From IMG/VR virus record IMGVR_UViG_3300020055_000005, positions 32,001-96,000 of that record: 64,000 nucleotides of DNA; one strand, 5' to 3'. Both the position numbers and the translations under genes were made by a program. A model generated the notes under the pieces. That model was not told the origin of the DNA. It made no database searches and saw only the letters and a program-made list of their open reading frames with translations. Origin of the DNA: a virus. Positions within the stretch are counted from its first letter, which is position 1. Each line of letters opens with the position of its first letter. This document shows, piece by piece, positions 58,169-64,000 of the stretch.

Positions 58169-58174
58169 GGTTAT

Positions 58175-58204
58175 AGTATATGAAAAAGTGAACAGCATTG
58201 TCAA
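58175..58204 (-). promoter_or_regulatory. Early sigma70-type promoter
   Basis: TTGACA-N18-TATACT. Confidence 0.75.
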
Positions 58205-58393
58205 TAGGGGTTGGTATATAGAAATAAAAGGAATATGGATATAATTAATACCCAAAAAATAATTTTTCGCAGTGGTCTCATAATCTCCTCAGAAATATTC
58301 ACTAGGGGTCTTTAGTCGTTTCTCAAACACTCTAGGAGTCCCATACGACTGTTCTAAGAGCATTTAGGGGGGGTACCCTTGTCTCAGGTCACC

Positions 58394-58645
58394 TCAGTCA
58401 TCATCATCACGCTGGCGCAATTCTACGACATGTCCCTCTTTGTTCAGTGCAGACCCCAACTTAGAGGCCTCCATGAGAGACAGTGGTGTGTCATTGCGTT
58501 GTTCCAGTGGTGATTTCACTGTGCGATCTAACCCTATGACCTTACGATCTATAGAAAATACATCAAACATTCGCATACAACTTATCCTTCCATTTATCAG
58601 TCCTCTGAAACCCTTATTGGCAAAGGGTTTGGGGGTCTCTCTCAT
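58394..58645 (-). CDS. Hypothetical protein
   Basis: 83-aa ORF downstream of a promoter; weak support. Confidence 0.4.
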   Translation of the reverse strand: MRETPKPFANKGFRGLINGRISCMRMFDVFSIDRKVIGLDRTVKSPLEQRNDTPLSLMEASKLGSALNKEGHVVELRQRDDDD

Positions 58646-58737
58646 CCCCCCATGGTGATTGTCGGCATCACAGCCCCAGCGCCGTCACATTATTCATAAC
58701 GAATACAAGAGCCTTCACTGGTCACTCTTATAACTCT

Positions 58738-58766
58738 ATTATACCATATAAGCATGGTATATACAA
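58738..58766 (-). promoter_or_regulatory. Sigma70-type promoter overlapped by an inverted repeat
   Basis: TTGTAT-N17-TATAAT; TATACCAT-N6-ATGGTATA palindrome. Confidence 0.55.
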
Positions 58767-58932
58767 GGGGAAAACCCACCAGTCAGAAAGATTGCGACTC
58801 TTTTTTAGGACTACCAGTGGTATTAAACCCTCATATTGGTACTCTCGTCTAACAGTGGAGTCACTCCCTAGGTCAATATCATGGGGTCAGAACCCAATTC
58901 GATGACCGCCAGAAGACGATTTCCCATCATTC
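58767..58932 (-). ncRNA. Putative promoter-driven structured RNA
   Basis: Only a 20-codon ORF seen; stems TCGTCT/AGACGA, GGTCA/TGACC, GGAG/CTCC and a 3' hairpin. Confidence 0.45.
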
Positions 58933-58938
58933 AAGTAC

Positions 58939-58968
58939 ATTATACACAAAAATGCACCCCTTTGTCAA
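58939..58968 (-). promoter_or_regulatory. Early sigma70-type promoter (consensus hexamers)
   Basis: TTGACA-N18-TATAAT with TG extension. Confidence 0.8.
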
Positions 58969-58978
58969 GCCTTATACC

Positions 58979-59206
58979 CTAGTGAAAGGGTCTAGAAACA
59001 CCATTCACCACTAGAGAATCAATAAACATGTTGCCTCTAGGGTCTATAAAACCGTTACATACGCATATAGCACAGACCATATCCCATGAAGTGTTCATAG
59101 TGTCAGGGTTTTTATCTAATGCTAACTGCATTTGTTTACTATTAAAAGGTATATCAACAGGGGTATCTGTTGCAATATGTGTACCAGTAATACCGTTAAT
59201 AATCAT
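58979..59206 (-). CDS. Hypothetical early protein
   Basis: Start at ATG 59206 behind AGGAG. Confidence 0.6.
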   Translation of the reverse strand: MIINGITGTHIATDTPVDIPFNSKQMQLALDKNPDTMNTSWDMVCAICVCNGFIDPRGNMFIDSLVVNGVSRPFH

Positions 59207-59227
59207 AATACTTCTCCTATAGTACCT

Positions 59228-59257
59228 ATAGTAACAAATGTTTAGGGGTATTGTCAA
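59228..59257 (-). promoter_or_regulatory. Early sigma70-type promoter
   Basis: TTGACA-N18-TACTAT. Confidence 0.75.
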
Positions 59258-59534
59258 GCCCTCATATACGCAAATCACGCTGACACCCCACCTCTGAGAC
59301 CCTCTGTTTATAGGGGTTTCCGAGACCCTCCGAAAGTGCTTGACTCCTAATTAGAAATCGTGTTTGCCTCTCCGAACAACACCACCAAAACCCAAAATAA
59401 TCCACTTTCTCCCACCATGCTTAAATACGAATATATTTCACACTTTCACACACTTTGTCACACTAATATATTCACTCGCACCATGATCACCATAAAAATA
59501 TATTAAAACCCCCTTACATCAACCACTTAGTGTA

Positions 59535-59543
59535 TGATATAAT
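59535..59543 (+). promoter_or_regulatory. Extended -10 promoter TGATATAAT
   Basis: 6 nt before ATG 59550. Confidence 0.55.
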
Positions 59544-59549
59544 ACACTT

Positions 59550-59735
59550 ATGAAGTATTATGAAAGAATTATCCAATATCTCAGAGATAATCCTTATATC
59601 GCATGTATGATATTTCTTACATTCGTTCTGATATTGGTTAAATACCTTCTTACAGGTTGTGTTATTGTATGCATAGAACCTTCCATCTACATAGACCCTA
59701 TTGATGTGTCTGAGGATATAGAACGTGTCGCCTAA
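59550..59735 (+). CDS. Small membrane protein
   Basis: TM segment; follows promoter. Confidence 0.5.
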   Translation: MKYYERIIQYLRDNPYIACMIFLTFVLILVKYLLTGCVIVCIEPSIYIDPIDVSEDIERVA

Positions 59736-59955
59736 AACAAGAAAGATACACCAAGAAACCTTTACTACAGTCTTTACAGGCTTATTGATTAATTATCCAT
59801 TGAATCTAATGGGGTTATGGTTGTGTATTGATTATTGGGGTATGTCTGACCCCTTTTGGATAGGTACGACGATTACTGCGTATATGACTATAGTTGCATA
59901 CACAAGGGTTTTTCTAATACGGCGTCATTTTTATAACAGACATACCTCTCAGTAA
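59725..59955 (+). CDS. Small 2-TM conserved phage membrane protein
   Basis: ET.T.V.TGL.INYPL...T.VAY.RV..IRR.F. Confidence 0.6.
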   Translation: MSPKTRKIHQETFTTVFTGLLINYPLNLMGLWLCIDYWGMSDPFWIGTTITAYMTIVAYTRVFLIRRHFYNRHTSQ

Positions 59956-60580
59956 ACCTCTCGTTTCTTTGCATAAAATACGGTTTAGTCATAACATCGA
60001 CTGCCATTGATATCCGTGGCGTTTGGTATATATTGGTTTTGACTTCGTGTTCGTGTTCCTGTCCGACGATGGTGAGTGTCCCTACTTCGTTTGGTGTGTA
60101 CCCTCCTGCGGCGTAGTAGTGTGTACCAGTCCGTGTGTCACCTTGAATGAATATATTACATGCATAGAGGTGGTTTGGAGGTTGATAGGTATGTGCATGT
60201 TTGTTAAGGTTCTCTCCTTGACGGAGTATATTAGTCCAACACTGAAATAGATAACACTTCCAAGTGTTAAATTCAGGTAACTCTGCGAGGCGTTGTGGTA
60301 TATTCAAAAACGACACTTTAGGATGATTGAACCAGTTATATACGGTGTGTTGTTTAGTTAACCCTTCGTAAGGTTTCTGGCTATCGTTGGGTATATTCAG
60401 AATGCGTTCTTCTTCCTCTATGATAATACGTGCAAGTGTGTTGCATTCTTCGAGAGTGAGAAAGTTCTTATATTCTTTATAGTAAAAGGGGTCTAGTGTT
60501 AGACCCCCATTATCGTGGAAAATTAATGTCTTGTTATCGTTATTCCACAGTGAGTGTATGTTTTGTTTTACAATACCCAC
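59888..60580 (-). CDS. 2OG-Fe(II) oxygenase
   Basis: W.N.LR.GE....HAH; HEV; RISMA.D. Confidence 0.8.
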   Translation of the reverse strand: MGIVKQNIHSLWNNDNKTLIFHDNGGLTLDPFYYKEYKNFLTLEECNTLARIIIEEEERILNIPNDSQKPYEGLTKQHTVYNWFNHPKVSFLNIPQRLAELPEFNTWKCYLFQCWTNILRQGENLNKHAHTYQPPNHLYACNIFIQGDTRTGTHYYAAGGYTPNEVGTLTIVGQEHEHEVKTNIYQTPRISMAVDVMTKPYFMQRNERFTERYVCYKNDAVLEKPLCMQL

Positions 60581-61449
60581 AGGTGGAGATACCTATCTGC
60601 AAATGGGTCGATGTTGTCTTCCCCTCTGTCTAGGTATAGAATAGACGTTTGTTTGGTGATATCACGATATTCATGATCGAATTCGATATATTTTGCTTCA
60701 GGTTCACCACCCATTCCTCTCCATAGGTTTTGGTCTTCTTCATAGAGAGGTCTGATCTTTTCTTCAAAATGGGCGTTGACTGCACGATTCTTAGTCTCAT
60801 CATTGACGTAATAACCACCGACAGCACCCAATGGTACTGGTAAGACGTACCCTTCGAATTCGTTCTCATAGAACTCACCCAGTGTTTGGTATTTCTCTTG
60901 ATACCCTGCAGGGTCTGTCATGAATTTACGATAGAGGTCACGTGTGTCACCTGCGACAAAACCAAAGTAACAATCTGAATACTTAGGTGCATTCTCTTCT
61001 ACGGCCCACCAGTTAGGTGCAAGGTGTAGGAATGCAAGGTTCTCATCTTCGATACGATCACGGTCTTCACGTGAGAATTTAACATTTGTCTCACTGGTAG
61101 TCCCTCTATCAGGAATACCATCGAAACAGAACCCTTGAGTTAAGTCTCTTGCAATACAGTTTGCATCAAAATACATAGTCTTGGTACCTGTACCAAAGTA
61201 GTCATCGTAATTGTGCAATTCAATTGCATGAAAGTTGGGATTGGTAATCTCTTCATTACCTAGATACGGAACCACACGAATACCTTCGTCGAGTCCAGTC
61301 TTATCATCAGTGAGTACGTTCAATCGACAGAATTGAAATCCATCAGAACGTGTCACTCGCATTCTATCTAATGATAGTTTAAAACGATTGATATCTTCAG
61401 AGGTCACTCCATTATCTTTCGTCTTTACACATACTAATTCAATAGCCAT
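60568..61449 (-). CDS. Glycosyltransferase-like (GT-A, degenerate DxD)
   Basis: VCVK; VLTDD..GL; YFDAN. Confidence 0.5.
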   Translation of the reverse strand: MAIELVCVKTKDNGVTSEDINRFKLSLDRMRVTRSDGFQFCRLNVLTDDKTGLDEGIRVVPYLGNEEITNPNFHAIELHNYDDYFGTGTKTMYFDANCIARDLTQGFCFDGIPDRGTTSETNVKFSREDRDRIEDENLAFLHLAPNWWAVEENAPKYSDCYFGFVAGDTRDLYRKFMTDPAGYQEKYQTLGEFYENEFEGYVLPVPLGAVGGYYVNDETKNRAVNAHFEEKIRPLYEEDQNLWRGMGGEPEAKYIEFDHEYRDITKQTSILYLDRGEDNIDPFADRYLHLWVL

Positions 61450-61463
61450 TTATTAATTCTCCA

Positions 61464-61550
61464 TTATGAATATTTGTTATTATCATCGTTGTAATACTTA
61501 TATATGACAACCATGACACCTATTAATAATAAACCTTCAACCACATTCAC
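61464..61550 (-). CDS. Small membrane peptide, 28 aa
   Basis: GTGA-coupled; NVVEGLLLIGVMVVIYKYY. Confidence 0.35.
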   Translation of the reverse strand: MNVVEGLLLIGVMVVIYKYYNDDNNKYS

Positions 61551-61891
61551 CGTCTCATCCTCGCAAGGTCTTTTGCATATTGTGAACCACCATTCTCTTC
61601 TGCAAAGACTGGAACAAGATTAGACTTATGCATTGTTGCAATACCCAGTAACTTACGTTCACCTGTATATTGCATGGGTTCCACACGTGGTGTGAGACAC
61701 CCTGTTGCATTAGTTTTGAGTGAAGGAATCTCTTCTTTCACCTCTCGCATCACTTGATCATAAATCTTTTGTTGAGTTGCGATTAGTTCATTATATTTAG
61801 TACGTTTTGACTTCTTAGTAAATGCACGTGTTTTACGTCTTTTACCATGAGGCCCATAACGAATACTATTACTTAGATTTAAATAACCCAT
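61547..61891 (-). CDS. Conserved basic T4-like hypothetical protein
   Basis: YTG...L.GIATMHKSNLVPVF...A.D.ARMRR. Confidence 0.75.
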   Translation of the reverse strand: MGYLNLSNSIRYGPHGKRRKTRAFTKKSKRTKYNELIATQQKIYDQVMREVKEEIPSLKTNATGCLTPRVEPMQYTGERKLLGIATMHKSNLVPVFAEENGGSQYAKDLARMRR

Positions 61892-61897
61892 AAGGTT

Positions 61898-61926
61898 ATT
61901 ATACTAAATCTAGGTCAGTTTGTAAA
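61898..61926 (-). promoter_or_regulatory. Sigma70-type promoter
   Basis: TTTACA-N17-TATAAT, 6 nt before ATG. Confidence 0.6.
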
Positions 61927-62105
61927 GGGTTTTTCTTACGCAATTTAACACACCCATCGACCAATTCAACTTGTAGGTCTTGGTGGTTCTCTAGTCCTAA
62001 CTCATTTAGAGACAGGTCAGACTCAAACGTAATACCATCATCTGATACCGTGAATGTCCAATTTTGAAATACAACGTCTCTAACGTTTCCTTTAAATACA
62101 GACAC
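61899..62105 (-). CDS. Hypothetical protein
   Basis: Coupled ORF. Confidence 0.55.
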   Translation of the reverse strand: MSVFKGNVRDVVFQNWTFTVSDDGITFESDLSLNELGLENHQDLQVELVDGCVKLRKKNPLQTDLDLV

Positions 62106-62446
62106 TAGAAGTGTTCCTCCGCTTCAGTCCATGGTAGAATAGGTTTATGATACCCATCCTTTACAAAGATACCATCGATCATGGTTCCAGTACGATCTTT
62201 GATATCATCGTATGCAGTTTGCATACATTCCTGTAGTGTCAGATTATTACGTTCCATAATGTTGGTTAACACTACAATACAATCACCGATATCATCCCTG
62301 ATATCGTTACCTTTGCATACATTATCACTGAGTTCACCAACCTCCTGAATCAGTTTGCATACTTGGTCTTTATCGTTTGCACCTTCGATAAGATTTCTGT
62401 CGTGGTGCCATTGTCGAATCTTTACATCTAGTTCTCGTACATTCAT
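62105..62446 (-). CDS. MazG-like nucleotide pyrophosphohydrolase
   Basis: W..DRNL; KL..EVGEL; DDIGD..VVL; AYD.IKDR.G.MIDG.FVK. Confidence 0.88.
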   Translation of the reverse strand: MNVRELDVKIRQWHHDRNLIEGANDKDQVCKLIQEVGELSDNVCKGNDIRDDIGDCIVVLTNIMERNNLTLQECMQTAYDDIKDRTGTMIDGIFVKDGYHKPILPWTEAEEHF

Positions 62447-62470
62447 GACTTTCTCCTGTTAGTTAGTCAC

Positions 62471-62560
62471 TGGCGGAGAGGGAGGGATTCGAACCCTCGA
62501 TACGTTCTCACGTATGCTGGTTTTCAAGACCAGTGCATTCAACCGCTCTGCCACCTCTCC
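62471..62560 (-). tRNA. tRNA-Ser(TGA)
   Basis: Cloverleaf with long variable arm, anticodon loop CTTGAAA, CCA end. Confidence 0.95.
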
Positions 62561-62564
62561 GAAA

Positions 62565-63029
62565 TTATTGTTCATGTATAATGGTATATGCATCCCCACT
62601 ATCAAAATAGTTTTTGACAAGACCGATCTTCTGCCACCCATTACGTATGGCTGCCTTCCATACACCTATGTTTTCTTCTTGTATATGTGCGTAATTCAAT
62701 GGGTACCTGTCATTGACAAATGACACTATGGTGTCAGTTCCCTCATGTCTATGTGGTTTTTCTACGCACAAGTCCATATAGTACCAACCTATCTCTCCTT
62801 GTAAGTCAAGTGGAAAATAGTCTTGTTCAGTGATAGTACGTATCAATCCGACTGCATATCCTACAACCTTTTCATCGTGTATCAACACCCATGAGTCATG
62901 TAGATTGTTAAGTACAAATGCCCACTTGTATTCATCCCACAAGTATTCGTCTGATTGTATGCCATTCTGATGTTGTATTCTTAGACAATCATCCTTGTCT
63001 TCTATCTTTGCGTTTCTTATACTATACAT
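62565..63029 (-). CDS. GNAT acetyltransferase (RimI-like)
   Basis: IRNA..ED; VVGY; LCV...HR..G; N; GW......NYF..GDAY. Confidence 0.75.
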   Translation of the reverse strand: MYSIRNAKIEDKDDCLRIQHQNGIQSDEYLWDEYKWAFVLNNLHDSWVLIHDEKVVGYAVGLIRTITEQDYFPLDLQGEIGWYYMDLCVEKPHRHEGTDTIVSFVNDRYPLNYAHIQEENIGVWKAAIRNGWQKIGLVKNYFDSGDAYTIIHEQ

Positions 63030-63038
63030 ATCACCTCA

Positions 63039-63114
63039 TGGTGGAGCTGGAGGGAATCGAACCCACGACCTCCTGAATGCAAATCAGGCGCTCTCCCAAC
63101 TGAGCTACAGCCCC
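63039..63114 (-). tRNA. tRNA-Ala(TGC)
   Basis: GGGGCTGTAGCTCAG..., anticodon loop TTTGCAT, CCA end. Confidence 0.95.
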
Positions 63115-63818
63115 AAATCAAAGTCATCTTTCCATAACCATTCCACAAATTTACGTGTCTCTATATCTAGGTCAAACTTAGGTATATTGAAATCAAGTTG
63201 TAATGCTTTACTCGCATCTTCATTAGTCCACCATCTGTCTCGAAAGTCAACTTTAAGATCACCAGTGAGAGACACTATAGTGTCAGTGACATCCTCTAAC
63301 TTGATAATACGAGATATCTGTTCACCCTCATGCATAATCCATTCTGCTTGGGGCAATGTTAAGAGATTGGTATATAATGCATGAAACTCATGTGGTTTCA
63401 ATTGTCCTCTAAACTTAGGGACTCCTTTTATATCCATATCTAAGTTCATCATCACTGGTATGAACCTCATAACAGACACAAATCTATCGTATGGATTACG
63501 TGTAACAGTGAATACGTCTATATCGTGATCTGCAATCCACTCCTTGAGTGTAGGGAACACTTTAAATGCCTGTTCAAGTGTTAGATGTGCATAGTCATCG
63601 ATAGGTAAATTCGGATGATCAAGTATGGATTGATAATAAGGATTCTGTTTTATCCTTTCATCTGCATACGTTGGTAAAAAGTGATGTGGATTCCGTATTT
63701 CTACCTTACCACTATATGCTTCACGAATATATGATCGAATGAAGGTACCTGCAGTCTTTGGTATATGCATGAATAATCCAAAGAACTTACGTGACTCGAC
63801 ATCTTGTAATGCATACAT
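63105..63818 (-). CDS. Sulfotransferase family protein
   Basis: FMHIPKTAGT (5'-PSB); RNPYDRFVS (3'-PB); PQ; K.E; DF. Confidence 0.88.
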   Translation of the reverse strand: MYALQDVESRKFFGLFMHIPKTAGTFIRSYIREAYSGKVEIRNPHHFLPTYADERIKQNPYYQSILDHPNLPIDDYAHLTLEQAFKVFPTLKEWIADHDIDVFTVTRNPYDRFVSVMRFIPVMMNLDMDIKGVPKFRGQLKPHEFHALYTNLLTLPQAEWIMHEGEQISRIIKLEDVTDTIVSLTGDLKVDFRDRWWTNEDASKALQLDFNIPKFDLDIETRKFVEWLWKDDFDLGL

Positions 63819-63994
63819 TATTTTACCTTCTTCTTGAACTTCCTTTTCTTATCTCTTTCTATGTGCCAGTCGTGACTACAATATGCATCGCAAAATACGT
63901 GTAGTCCACTATCATCATTCCAATATTTAACTTTCGTCAGATCGATTAATGTCTGACACTGACTGCATTTCTGCGTATTGTTCTGATTCATCAT
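63818..63994 (-). CDS. Small zinc-binding protein, 58 aa (not in ORF track)
   Basis: CSQC...FCDAYCS, basic tail; TAATG coupling. Confidence 0.6.
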   Translation of the reverse strand: MMNQNNTQKCSQCQTLIDLTKVKYWNDDSGLHVFCDAYCSHDWHIERDKKRKFKKKVK

Positions 63995-64000
63995 CAGCTC

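Noticed and set aside
1-64000. Stop-codon reassignment, introns or inteins
   Set aside because: Core genes are full-length in the standard code, TAA, TAG and TGA all end genes, no suppressor tRNA is present and no interrupted core gene was seen

Overview
A 64-kb segment of an AT-rich T4-like myovirus, probably aquatic or marine. Gene order resembles cyanophage/pelagiphage T4-likes, and the bS21 sequence looks gammaproteobacterial. About 1-36.4 kb is the virion module: fibre proteins, a VrlC/DUF4815-like giant protein, gp8, gp7, gp6, gp25, gp5, hub, gp53, gp48, gp4, gp2, gp54, gp26/gp51 and a tape-measure-like gene, with a HAD/KdsB cassette inserted. About 36.4-64 kb holds replication, transcription and accessory genes: bS21, gp32, gp59, gp33, an exonuclease, a DenV-like glycosylase, a SleB-like hydrolase, RNase H, a radical SAM cluster, a split carbamoyltransferase, 2OG-Fe(II) oxygenases, MazG, GNAT, a sulfotransferase and four tRNAs. 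The most notable signals outside the gene list are: (1) strict, context-dependent avoidance of CCWGG and GGWCC, suggesting a GC/GCC-context DNA modification; (2) several unannotated structured RNAs, including a three-hairpin AGUGA-loop leader and a ~165-nt element between gp32 and bS21; (3) two fibre proteins whose prolines all keep even spacing over ~170 aa; (4) a probable -1 frameshift joining gp26 and gp51; (5) many apparently leaderless genes, including bS21 itself; (6) a ParB-like gene behind a triple inverted repeat. All calls come from motif recognition by eye; no database searches or folding programs were run.
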